From contig CM068748.1 in assembly GCA_035084275.1 (NCBI GenBank), positions 8,804,001-8,868,000 of the forward strand: a stretch of 64,000 nt of DNA, in the 5' to 3' direction. Origin of the DNA: Hydrolagus colliei. Lineage: Eukaryota. A program made the translations under genes and the position numbers. The notes below the pieces were generated by a model, which did not search any database, was not told the origin of the DNA, and worked only from the letters and a program-made list of their open reading frames with translations. Positions 14,401 through 25,420 of the stretch are shown piece by piece (positions within the stretch are counted from its first letter, which is position 1; every line of letters starts with the position of its first letter).

Positions 14401-17400
14401 CTTGAAATGCTCTTCATATGTGTGGATTATAAAATACAACTGAAAGATTGTTATCCGCCTTGAGAAAACCTTCCTGTTTATAATTCAAGAATAAATTACC
14501 ACTGGTTCTTTGGGGAAACGAAGAGTACGACTAAGACCCTTATCCTAGATACAAGAAAAGAAATGGGGAGGATTGAATGGGAAACATTTTGAATTTTACA
14601 ATGTTCAGTTCTCATCTTTGAATGACCAACAAGTTTGATAGTTTGATCTTCTTATTGACACTATCATTGTGTCCTTCTTGGCAAGAGATATTCCAGCTTT
14701 TTGGTAGGAAAAGGTTCTTTATTTTGTCAAACAAAAAGTGCAATTTTTCGACCACTGCACTGGTACACATCAACTTCAATGCAAAGTCAAGGCCAACCAG
14801 ATAAAAAAATGGAGCGGGTGGGGCTGAAGAAGTTATCAGAGCAGAGTAAGGATACAGGCGCATGGACAACAGCCAAATCCTAATGTCAGCGGAGCTGCAA
14901 AAAGTGACTAAAGACATTTCCAAAAATGCATATATTCACATGGCTGCATTTATTTTTCTTCTCTTGGTATTCATTCATGCTAAAGATGTTTTGGGGAGAG
15001 AAAACCCTAAGATTCAATGAAGTACAAATCAGAAGTCCCTTGAAGCAGCACATATCAAATTCAAAGGCAATCCTGAATAATTGCCCTAATCGCAACATAA
15101 ACAAACACACAGTCATCTAAACATTGGCATTTGCCCTATACCTTACTGAAACTTAAATGAAAAACTGCTTAATCAGTAGCAAATAGGTTTTCTAAAATGA
15201 TCTCCCGCAGTAAAACTATGATTCCATCTCACCCAAAAATGAAAAAAATTTGCCAATGTAATGGAACAGGGTACATATTCAAATACGACTTCTAATATAT
15301 CTTCTGATATGGTCCAACATATTTCCAGAGTTAATTTAAGGAAAGTAAACTGCTCTTATTTATAAATGTTTCAGTCCTTTTACGCCTAGGTGCAAAGCTC
15401 AAATGTTTTGTAAATCTCTCCAGGCTCCAAAATCCTACATAAAATGATCTTATATGAGCTTAAATGAATGGGGTCCTGCAGCTTAATGTTTAGAGCACTC
15501 GCTTTGCTAGTGACAGATTCTGGACTCATTTCCCAGGCCAGGACCACGCAAATCATTTGGCAAGTTTCCTTACTCCTGTGTTTACTTAGCAGTAAGTCGG
15601 AACCCAGTAGTTCATCAATCGGTGGATGACTTTTCCGGGGTTAATAATCCGTTCTAAATAAATAGATAATAATTTGGTCACACAATCCATGTCTGTTTGT
15701 GGGACACTGCTGCTATTGCATTTTGCCCCCAGAATACACTTTGCAGTATATTTTGTGAAGCGCTTTGAGACGTCTCAAAGATGTAAAAGGGCACTACATC
15801 AAATGCAAGGATTGTTATTATGCAAACGCATTCCATTCATGATGACCATGGATCCACAATACAAAATTGTTCATAATTCAAACACAGACAAATAAGGCTT
15901 GCATTAACATCAATGCAATCATATTACAGTATACAAATGATAGCATCTCAAAATGGCAGAAAACACAAAACCATACAAAAACTAGTGAATTATAATAACA
16001 ACAAAATTACACTTGTATAGCGCCTTTCACATCAGGTGGACATCCCAAGGCGCTGGACAGTTATTGCTTCAGACCCGAGTTGGGGACGGGGAAGGTGGAA
16101 GAAAAGGGGGGGGGGATATTTGGGATGACCGATCGGACCGTCGAAGGAGGCTAGGGAGGGGACAAGGCAGAGGGACTGCGACTACAAAGCCTCAATCCTG
16201 ACTTCAATGCACCTTCAAGTAAGTTGAGCAGAGACATTGAAGGTACTGTACTACAGGATATGGTTATCCAACTTCAAACTTCTTGTGAACCTCTGAGGAC
16301 AATATGTGTTCAAAGAAGACAACCCCTATTTGTCTAAGACATTGTTTATAGTTGACCAGCCGGTTTAATTCATCAAGATTTGGAGTGAAGACATGTCAAT
16401 TCTAAAATTAAGAAGAGTTGGACAATCACAGGTAGGTATATATAAAACTTGGTTATATTTTGTACCCTTCATCTATTCAGTTACTGTAATATCTTTCATT
16501 CCTTTCATCATTCAGTACTATATTCCAATCTCATGCCACATGCCAGACAATGCATTGTGTGCGTGAGAGACAATGCGTTCTACACATTGTTTGTGGGAAA
16601 GAAGTCTACTTGCTCATTTCCCTTTCCATTTAGTAGGAATGTATAGCGGTATAAACTCTGCTCTTCTTAAAGCACAACTAGGATTTAAAAAAAGCATCAC
16701 ATCTTACCACTGCAGAAAAATGACTAGTGTAAGGAGGAAAATAAATTGAGCATAGTAAGACATGAATCATCAATATACCATTTGGAGTAGACATGAATCT
16801 ATGCACACTTGTTTATCTGGAAGCTTTATATTTGGATCAAAACTTATATTTGGATCAAAAGCATGATTTTAAAAAATACAAGTGCAGTGCAAATATAGTT
16901 TAGTGTTTTCATTCTATCAATTAATTTTCTTACATAATTCTACAAAAGTTCTCTGACTTTTTTTTCAATACTACAAAACATTGGTTTATATATTTCTTTC
17001 CTAATCACTCATCCATATTAATATTATTTGTCTTGTTACTACTCTCCTGTGTTATGCCTCAAGGGTCAATATGCCCATTTATGTTACAGCACATTATAGA
17101 TTCAGTACGACTTCTGGAGAATTCAAATTTAATTTGAATTTGGCAATGTAGCCCAGCATCCTGCTCACTTCACACAACACTTTTTTGAAGGAAGGAAATG
17201 CACTTCACCTCTTCTCCTAACCCCAAAACCAAAGAGATTAAATTTCTAGCCCAACCCATATTTACCCATGGTCTGTGGGTGGCTGGAACAAAGGGTGAAA
17301 AGGCAAAGGAAAATGAGTCTTCATTCATTTTCCAAAGGCAGGAGAGCCTAGCACCTTTAGAGTCAGTATTGCTGGCTGACCTCCCCCAGTAATCAAGGAA

Positions 17401-18529
17401 CTCCAAGTTAGAAAATTAGTTTTCACAGGTCAAGATGATTTCTGCTTTATTCTTTAAAAAAAAAGCCTTGCCAAAAAAGGTTCCCTTGATACCTTTGTTG
17501 TAAAAGCACTGCCAATTGTGCAATAGCCATGGAGATCAGTGGAGGTTGAATGAATCACCGTGCATTGCTGAGTTACACAATCTTAAGAAAGGCTATATGA
17601 AACAATTTAAAGGAAGGATACAATACTCGTTACTGCAAAGCGACTAAGCAGGGAAAATAGACCATGGAAAGATCATAATGGTTAAACATTAATTCACGCA
17701 GGTCATTTTAATTCAGTGGACCTTAACAAAAACCGGACCTTAACAAAAAGAAGCAAAACAAAAGAGTCCACGTATAACAGTCCTATATTTAATGAGCAGC
17801 TTCTGCCTTGGAAGAGATTAAACATCTCCCCATCCACCACCACCAGTGTTACAACTTTAATTTCCCCTTCAGCCTCTCTCTTCTTATAGTAAATTAAAAT
17901 ACAGAAGGTACTTGACCTATACCAAGCACTAGACCACCCACCAGAGGACGAATGAATGATCCCTCAGAAGTCAAAGATGTGAGTGGAACGAGGTCAGAAG
18001 CAATGTGTGTGTGTGTGTGAGAGAGGGGAAGCTGTGGCCTCAGGGCGCGGCGCTACCACCATTGAGTACAGGTATTCACTTGACAGACTGAGCGAGAGAC
18101 CCAACCCTCTCCTTCTCTGGGGAAGGGTGTAAATGACGTCGACACTTGGGGAAGAGGTAGAGCTGGTAGTTTGGGAGGATGACAGCCGTGTGACAGTCGG
18201 AGAGAGCGTGAGTCGCTGGAGAGAGAGATTAGGGAGGGAGGGAGGGAGGGAATGGGGAGGGGGGGGGGGGAGGGAGATGGAAGGGGCAGAGGGGAGCGGG
18301 GTGGGGGGTGAATAGGGGGTGGTGGGGGGGGGAGTGGGAGCGGGCAGTGGGAGCGGGCAGAGGGGTGTGGGGAGGTGGGGGTTGGAGGGGAGCAGATGGA
18401 TGGGAGAGGGAGGGGGCACTCACCGAGCTTGGACTTCCCGTACTTGTGTCCGGCGACCTGATGGCTTAGAGGCGTGCAGCCGTTTGGGAAGCGGTGCGGG
18501 CCGCCCGGGGTCACCGCGCCGCTCTCCAT
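2393..18529 (-). CDS. IPMK: Inositol polyphosphate multikinase, coding exons 1-5: join(18424..18529,13758..13843,10243..10339,6903..7075,2393..2474); final exon lies beyond the left edge
   Basis: Spliced translation MESGAVTPGGPHRFPNGCTPLSHQVAGHKYGKSKLG-ILQHPDGTVLKQLQPPPRGPRELNFYNM-VFGSSSHDHVFLELQQFLPKFLGTWTPTAAPN-ELYLKLEDVTRKFNKPCIMDVKIGKKSYDP...GMR-VYQLTSDNYVAYDQCYGRGLTQETLKD. It contains QVAGH and the PxxxDxKxG inositol-kinase motif. All junctions are GT-AG with compatible phases. Confidence 0.96.
3610..4410 (+). mobile_element. L2 LINE 3' fragment
   Basis: Decayed ORF2 end (RLDY.N..L.G, LQIIQN, LHWLPI..RIQF..L.LAFKALHG) and tail GTGAAAGGAGCTATGCAAGTGTAATT(TTG)n. Confidence 0.85.
5537..5905 (-). 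mobile_element. L2 LINE fragment
   Basis: LPIIQRIQFKVLVLTFKTLHGLVPHYICDFLTPYQPACSLRS. Confidence 0.85.
6903..7075 (-). CDS. IPMK: IPMK exon 4 (173 nt)
   Basis: actag|AA TTG TAC ... ATG AGG|gtaagt; LYLKLEDVTRKFNKPCIMDVKIG motif. Confidence 0.96.
8430..9012. repeat. CT-rich (polypyrimidine) minisatellite inside the hAT element
   Basis: Repeated units such as CTCCTTCTCTCCCTCCTTTCCCCT; source of the spurious S/P/L and G/E/R ORFs. Confidence 0.95.
9060..9683 (-). pseudogene. Truncated hAT transposase (BED finger plus linker, no catalytic domain)
   Basis: SPIWDYF, CxxC and HxxxxH BED motif, then WQSITNAVTFCIAKESLP; similarity is lost after about residue 120. Confidence 0.8.
10243..10339 (-). CDS. 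IPMK: IPMK exon 3 (97 nt)
   Basis: tttcag|GTA TTT GGG ... CCT AAC G|gtatcctttt; LELQQFLPKFLGTWTP. Confidence 0.93.
10524..11010 (-). mobile_element. L2 LINE 3' end joined to an RT fragment
   Basis: (CAA)n tail; reverse-complement PQGSVLGLLLFNIYMLPL..YADD-like RT segment at 10870-11000. Confidence 0.8.
13758..13843 (-). CDS. IPMK: IPMK exon 2 (86 nt)
   Basis: cctag|GT ATA TTG CAG CAT CCA GAC GGC ... TAC AAT ATG|gtaatt. Confidence 0.95.
15469..15820 (+). mobile_element. tRNA-derived SINE, same family, diverged
   Basis: Head GTCCTGCAGCTTAATGTTTAGAGCAC plus shared core and tail. Confidence 0.8.
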
Positions 18530-18810
18530 TGGCGCCCCCACTTCACTTCACCTCACCCTCCCTCCCTCCCCCCCCCCCCCCCCCCCTCCCGAGCCTCAGG
18601 GCCAGAGCGGTGGCCGCCGCCTTCCGTTCGCCATGAACTTTCTTTACCCGGAGCCTCGCGCTTCCGCCTCCGCGCGTCGCAGCCACACGGCTCGAGGCCC
18701 CGGAACTGACTCGAGCTGAAGCTTTCAGTGCGCCTGCGCCACCTCCCCTCTCTCGGCCACGTAGCGCCTCCAGCGGCCGCTCGCCTCCATCACACCGGGC
18801 AGTGAGTGAG
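18400..18810 (-). promoter_or_regulatory. IPMK CpG-island promoter / 5'UTR
   Basis: GC- and CpG-rich; NRF1-like TGCGCCTGCGC at 18729-18739. Confidence 0.75.
18424..18529 (-). CDS. IPMK: IPMK exon 1, coding part
   Basis: ATG at 18529 with an in-frame TGA just upstream; NGCTPLSHQVAGHKYGK; donor CTC G|gtgagt; lies in a CpG island. Confidence 0.9.
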
Positions 18811-18814
18811 GAGT

Positions 18815-19061
18815 TGCTGGGGAAACTCAGCAGGTCAGGCAGCATCCATAGAGAAAGGAAAAAGAGTCAACGTTTAGGGTCTACAACCCTTCGTCAGAAG
18901 AGACAAAGATCTGAAGAGACAAAGTCCTGGTGAAGGGTTGTAGACCCGAAACGTTGACTCTTTTTCCTTTCTCCGTGGATGCTGCCTGACCTGCTGAGCT
19001 TCCCCAGCAACTTCTGTTTTTGTTTCAGATTCCCAGCATCTGTAGTATTTTATGTTTAGCA
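18815..19061 (+). mobile_element. Penelope-like retroelement terminal fragment in fold-back arrangement with degenerate hammerhead-ribozyme cores
   Basis: About 85-bp inverted arms (18812-18897 / 18927-19012); 10-bp direct repeat AGTGAGGAGT (18805-18814 / 19062-19071); CTGrnGA-stem-GAAACGTT motif. Confidence 0.7.
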
Positions 19062-21983
19062 AGTGAGGAGTATTAGCCCCAATGTTATCAATCGTTGGTT
19101 GGTGTGTTTATGTCTGTGCCTTGAGTGATTAAACGGCTTTAGACGGGTGCCTAATTTCTAAATCTGCAAAATGTATTTTATTTTCCTCATTGAAGAAGTT
19201 GGCTTGCAGAGTTTCAAAGCAATAATTTTAATTGGCCCCTCTGTTAACCATAGGAGGCAATGCCTTATATTAGTGCTACTTTATGGCTAGCGTTTGTTTG
19301 GTTGGTTTGGGGCTACAAATATTTAAATTTCTGCCGACCTTGACTTTATTTTGGTACGCCTTTTGGCTTGTCCTTTAACCTGGTGCACGCACAAACGTCA
19401 CATTTGGGATTGATTCTAAACAAAGGTAAATCTGCCTCACAGAATTTGCTGTTCTCACACAAAAAAAAAGGTCCATCTGATTTCATCCTTTTAGAACTTG
19501 GTGACCAGGCTCAGGCCAGGTTTGGCCTGCTGGAGAGGCAAAATGTGGCAGCCAATTGCGCATAGCAGTGTCCCGCAAACGGTCATGGATTCAGTGACCA
19601 AATTATTATAATTATTTTTTGGACGGTATTATTACCCCAGAAAACCAATCCACAAATCAACCTACAATCGAGCTAGGAAACATGTATGTGGAGTAAGGAA
19701 ACTTGGCTAATAGGTAGGTGTGACCAAGGCTCTGTACAACTGAAGCATCAATTTTGTATTCCAACAAGTGAGGTTATACTCCACATGAGCCAACATCTCT
19801 CCTAATCCCCTCTCACCATACCACCCTATATTCTCTTATTTTAAATCTATGCAAAGATATACTCATTTCATTTTCAGGAAAAAAAATTATGACAGCAAGC
19901 AGCTTGAATGACAGAAACGGGATAGGCTTTTGCAATCAAATCATGTGACTTAAATTACCGTACTGAGAAGTGGAATAAAATTAGATTTTACTTCACCGCA
20001 AATCACAAGGGAATAGTGTACCTTAGTGTACATATTACTATTAATGATTCATTTAAATTGCTGCAGCAGATTACAGATCCAGACTGAAGTCTATTGTTTA
20101 CCTAATCAGATTCCTGACTGAAAGTCACAAAAATCTATGAAATACTTCATCCATTCGTAAGTAAATGTATCATAGATTTAAACAAAAATGTGGTTACAAA
20201 TCATTCTCATCATTGAACAGGAATTAGGATTATGTTTTTTTTAAGAAACATTGTTGTTCAGTCTGTCCAAATCACAGACTGAAATCAGAATTAAACTTTG
20301 AATTACTGATTGCTGCAATTTGTGGTAAACCACAGAAAAATAGCCGCAGCTGACTTTGGGACAGAATGCCGTTGCGATGTTAATACCCCTGTAAGCAAAT
20401 TTTGTGTGCCATAACATTGATGTACATGCAGATGTATAACAAGCAGTTCAATAGGCTGACACCAAGTCAGGGATGTTGCAGATCTATCAGTGATCCCACT
20501 TTTAATTAATTGCACTAATAATGGCAGATCTCACGGGGAAATTCAAAAAAATGTAAAGTGCAAATATATGTTTATTCATTGCTTAAAAATAAGCTGGATG
20601 TACGAAAGTTCATGTTCACCCACAAAATGCAGCAGCAGTTTTATTCAAGTTCTCCCTGCCAGTTTGCTAACAACAACAAAATTACATTTGTATAGTGCCT
20701 TTCACGGTGGGAGGATGTCCCAAGCCTCCTATACCCAAGCAGATCCAGTACCAAAGCAATGTGTTGAGAGGCTAATGAAACGATTAGTGTTGATAAAAAT
20801 ACAGTCAAATTGAATGAAGGAATTTGATTGTTATTAGATATTAGTAGATCCAATTATTTTTAAAGAAATAGGTCACCTATCTCAAGTGTTATACAATAAA
20901 CTGGCCCAATATAAGCCCTAGTTATTGCTACAGGAGCATTGCTTATATTTTTATAGTAATCAGGAGCAGGAAACTCTCCAGAAAGAAAATCAATTCAAGA
21001 AAAATTTAATTCTCAGGTATCTTTTAATAATACATCTGTTGTATCTTTTAATAATACAGTGCTGATTATTTCCAGCAGGTGTCACTCTAATATTTTAAAT
21101 GTTAACTTAAAAATTTCCCAAATTATAATTAGCTTCCAGTTATGATCGTCACAATATCTTACTCGATAATTGAATTATACTTGAAACATCAGTTTGACTC
21201 CAATGGCATCAGTCTCAAACATGACAGGCTTGACTTCACAGTTTAGGGTTATTCCCCAAGAAGTGTTGTCTTTTTGAGATGACAGCATAAACTGGGGTCC
21301 CACTTGCTTGTTCAAATGCAAGTTAAAAATCCCATGACAATATTTAATGGGAATATTTTCACCTGTGTTCTGGCTAAAAAATCTCCAGATAATTTGGCAT
21401 TCGCTTCATGCCTGTTAGTGGGATCTGTTGTGTTCAAATCTGTTGCAATATTATCCATCAAATAGTCACTGCATAAGACAGTGATTCCTATGAAGAGAGT
21501 TTCAATGCTTTAAGTATATGAAATGATCTGCATCACAAGCACAAGGATTATTTAACTCCCAAGCATTTATTCAATTTTCCACAAATTGATCAAAATAACG
21601 ATCCATTTGTAAAAGATCACTTTTGAAATATTTGCGATGTCTTTCCGACGTGAAAGGCGTTTTATGAATGTAGCTTATTATTGTTGTATTACCATTCAAA
21701 TGTCATTTTACTATACATAAAAGAAAACAAACAATTTTACAATGTAAATATAACTATATATATTTAACATAATACAGCAGGATATCAATGCAAAGCTAGT
21801 GCTTATACAATCATCAAGTGTCGGAATTTCAGAATGTTGAAGCCTATTATTCAATTTTCATCCTTATTACTTTGTATCACAACTCGATGTATAGTAATTA
21901 ATTAGCACAATATTACACAGGCACCTTTACAATTGTTTGACTCAAACACAAACAAATCTCAGAATTCAAAAACAATTCTTGTG

Positions 21984-22073
21984 TTATGCTTCTTTTTTCT
22001 TGATAATCAGTGGGCCTACATTATCTCCAGTTTCGTCATTGTGTTTGGTGTGAGAGCCATCACACATTGGGAA
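21984..22073 (-). CDS. CISD1: CISD1 exon 3
   Basis: ttttag|TTC CCA ATG TGT GAT GGC TCT CAC ... GCA TAA. Confidence 0.96.
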   Translation of the reverse strand, partial: FPMCDGSHTKHNDETGDNVGPLIIKKKEA

Positions 22074-25000
22074 CTAAAATAAAGAAAAACAGAGAAAAAG
22101 TTATACATATTATTTACTACGAGACTAGCTCTTAACTGTCAAAAACATTGTTGGCACAAAGAGCAATTTCTTTTCAATTGTCTGAATGTTCAAGACGCCC
22201 CATGACACTTTGGATCATTTGCATCAATATCATTCTTTTTGGCTCACAAATCACCTACAGTTAACTATGCTAAGAGCAATATAGTAACAGGTCTCTCAAT
22301 CACTCTGAGTTGACGAGCCAAATACACAACCGCCTTTTGATAATTTTCTCATTTTTCCTTTGAAATATTTATATTTTATAGATACTATAACCAAATGCTA
22401 TCTGGAATCTACACTGCTAAAGTAATGTGTTACAACATTACAGAATGCATTATAAGTATCCCATTTGTAATTTATAATTAAGTTAAAAGTTAAATTTACA
22501 TTTGTTCGCAACATCAATTGACGAGCTTTATAGCGCTTTGGAAAACATGCCCAAAACAAAAAACTTTGTTTGGGAAATCAATTATGCATTTATTTGATTG
22601 GAATGTAAGTGTGCATACATGAAGGAGAAAGAAACAGAGGCACAGTTAAACCGGAATTTAAAAACCTCTCAGGAGCCTGGCCCAAAGTGGCCTCTATATA
22701 AGGATGGCTGCTATGTAGGAGTTTGTTGAGTGTCTCAGGATGGTTAACGGGATGGTTGCTTGAATAGGTTTAACTGTATATGGAAGAGAGGATTTGGAGG
22801 GTTCGGTATAAACTCTGGCATAAACTACTTGGACCACATGCCTGTTTTCTGTGCTGTAACGTTATTTATAAATCCATATAGAAATCTGAAATAGAAAATG
22901 GCAGATCAACTCTTCTCCACAATAAGTCACTACATATATCTATATCTATCTATATATACATATAATATATATGTGAACATACAAAGTCCTATCTATCTAT
23001 ATATATATATATAGATAGGACTTTGTATGTTCACATATCTCTCCAACCATCGTACTCAAGGCCATTGGATGATGAGGCAAAAATAGTAAACTAAAACAGC
23101 AATTCATACCATTCATGGAAGCACTCTGAGATTAACACAATAAAATTCTATATCAAATTATATTATTATTGCCTTAGTCCTCAACAATCAATAAAATCAC
23201 ACCTACAGAAATGCACCAAGAAAGTCAAATTATGCTTACCTGTTTAGATCGCCAGCATCTACAATATACAGCTTTGTCTCCTAGGTCTTCAATATCAAAT
23301 GCATGTACCACTTTAGGATTATCTTTCTGGATGTCGAGGTTAACCAGCGATTTAGAGCCTTTGTCTTTTGCATATAAGGTTCTGTAGGCCAAATAACCAA
23401 TGGCTGCTGCACCAACTGTCAGCGAGGCTGCGGCAACCCATTCTGTATCAGATAAAAACAAAAATACAGAGATTTAGATAAGAAAAAATATAAATTGTAT
23501 CCGTATATACTGCAGGCAATTCTGTTGATAATGTCAAACTATAATATACAGGCAATGCACAACATGGAGCAAAGTAGGTATAAAAATATACTGTAAATGG
23601 ATTGCATAATTGACAAAATCCATGGCAATTACTGTGATCAAGTTTTCTGCACATCATTACATGAATTTACTCTGGGCCATTTCCAAATTGGAGTAACACT
23701 AAATATGATTGGTGTTTGATTCTATTGTGGTATGAAATACATTAACAACAAACTGTATTCTTATTGTGCCTTTCATATTGGGTGGATGTCTCAAAAGTGC
23801 CTCAGAGTAGTCCGGGACTCCCAAGTGTTTTCAATGTAAAGATGTTGTGCATTTCATTCTACCCCTCAATTAATGTATTTCATTTGAATTTTTCAATGCA
23901 ATCAAGCATTGGGTTATAACTTATACACAATCTAGCTGCACTCTCCTCATTGCTTACTAGCTATTTTAGGATAATCTATTCTATGTGTAAGAATCCATAC
24001 CAGAAAAAAACTTGATAATTGTTTAATGCTTTTAAATATAAATATTTCATGCAACACATTCCTATCTCTTTATCTATGACTTGTTTGTGTAGATATTGTC
24101 AATTATATAAATATTTACCTGGTCAATCACCCCAGACTAACTGCAAATAACAAAGGAGAATAATTGACATGTGAATGAATCAAGGATTTCTGACATCCAA
24201 GGTCAATGTTGACTAGGCCAGTGATTGGTGGAAACTATAACTGCGGATAGCTAACCTGGTTTGTGCATTGACTTAAGTAGTGAAGTTTTAGCTCATTTAA
24301 ATTTCAGGGAATTCAAGGTGAAAGGAATGGGAATTGGTGAGCACAATCGTTGTAATTGAACCCGTTCTTTGTCGTGTTCCAGCACCATTGCAGAATAGAA
24401 GCACCGAGATGTACTTTACCTAACAAAACACAGATTTTGAATGTTGTTCCATTTGCAAAATGGAACATTTCCATTTCCTCATGCAAAAGCAACAAAATTC
24501 AACACGCTAATAAAAAATAAAAATAAAAAGTAACGTTAATTCAGAGAATTTAAGCTTCAGAAAGCACAAGTTGATCAGCAAGTAAAGCAAAAAGCTGTAG
24601 GTAGGTGGGTAGGTAGGTAGGAATTAATTCATCTAATGCATGATTCAGCACATGTTTGTACAGTACACTGTGTCCACGTCTTGCTTTATTTCTCTCGTCG
24701 ATCAGATTTCGCATTTTCCGTTTCTTGCCGGGAAAGTGTGAGTGTAAATCGGTATTCAGCCGTGAGGCTCGGCATCGCCGCGTTTACCGCGGTCACCCGC
24801 GGCAGGCTCTACACAGGGAAAGGTTTGGTTTCAACGCGACCTTCACCGCGACCAGCCGTCGCCCGGCGATCCTTCCCTTTACGAGAGGAAGACAAGCGAT
24901 CCGGAGATCACCTCATCGGTCCTTAATCCTCGTTACCGGGGAAACAAAACCCGGCAATGAATTGACCTTCAGAGATCCTTGCTCCCCGCCGGTGACTCTG

Positions 25001-25200
25001 CTCCTTGCTCGGCATCATACACCGGGGGAAGGCGTTACAAGGGGACGTTATGAAAGTCGCACCTTAAAGGCATCCGTCGCTTGGGGGGGGGGGGAATTCA
25101 GCCAAAATAAAACATTAATTTCGGTCATTATTAATAATTCGTTATTCTGGTTTCCAGCTGACAAAAATCCCATACCTTTGACGGCGGTATTGCTCACCAT
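21984..25200 (-). CDS. CISD1: CDGSH iron-sulfur domain protein 1 (mitoNEET), 105 aa: join(25176..25200,23240..23442,21984..22073)
   Basis: [106 protein letters not shown]-terminal membrane anchor and complete C-x-C-x8-C-x3-H CDGSH ligand set; 318 nt in frame. Confidence 0.96.
22969..23038. repeat. Perfect 28-bp-arm palindrome centred on (AT)n
   Basis: ATATGTGAACATACAAAGTCCTATCTAT ... ATAGATAGGACTTTGTATGTTCACATAT. Confidence 0.95.
23240..23442 (-). CDS. CISD1: CISD1 exon 2 (203 nt)
   Basis: tacag|AA TGG GTT ... AAA CAG|gtaagc; VYCRCWRSK. Confidence 0.96.
25176..25200 (-). CDS. CISD1: CISD1 exon 1, coding part
   Basis: gtcATGG Kozak context; ATG GTG AGC AAT ACC GCC GTC AAA G|gtatgg is phase 1 and matches exon 2. 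Confidence 0.85.
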
Positions 25201-25239
25201 GACTGAGCCGGCCCCTGTCTGTCCTTGGAGTCACACGCT

Positions 25240-25420
25240 GTAAACTGCGTCGCAAAGCCCTCACCCACCCCCCCCCACCCCCACTCCCGATCACGTGCTA
25301 GGGGGTGTGAGGCTGGGCCTGCTGACGTCACGACAAGGAAGATCAGCAGCTGTCTCCCTATCCGTGTTTGGCAGCTGCACGCTCTACATTCATCTATCCC
25401 TCCCCCCGCCACCCCCTCAC
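25240..25420 (-). promoter_or_regulatory. CISD1 promoter
   Basis: Edge of a CpG island; E-box TCACGTG at 25291-25297; full CRE TGACGTCA at 25323-25330; GC box CCCCGCC near 25404. Confidence 0.7.

Noticed and set aside
14600-15120. Cluster of short ORFs with a weak GIY-YIG-like LGREN..LEAAHIK stretch
   Set aside because: Interrupted by stops with no clear motif; at most an ancient retroelement relic that I cannot support without a search.
13600-21060. Short tandem duplications of 15-24 bp at about 13602, 16826, 17718 and 21017
   Set aside because: Ordinary replication-slippage duplications with no shared sequence.
25196-25200. ATG|GTGAGC as a possible CISD1 exon 1 donor
   Set aside because: Phase 0 would be out of frame with exon 2; the donor at 25175 (AAAG|GTATGG) gives the correct frame.
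24656-25243. 195-aa plus-strand ORF antisense to CISD1 exon 1 and intron 1
   Set aside because: Stop-poor CpG-island sequence with no recognisable domain.
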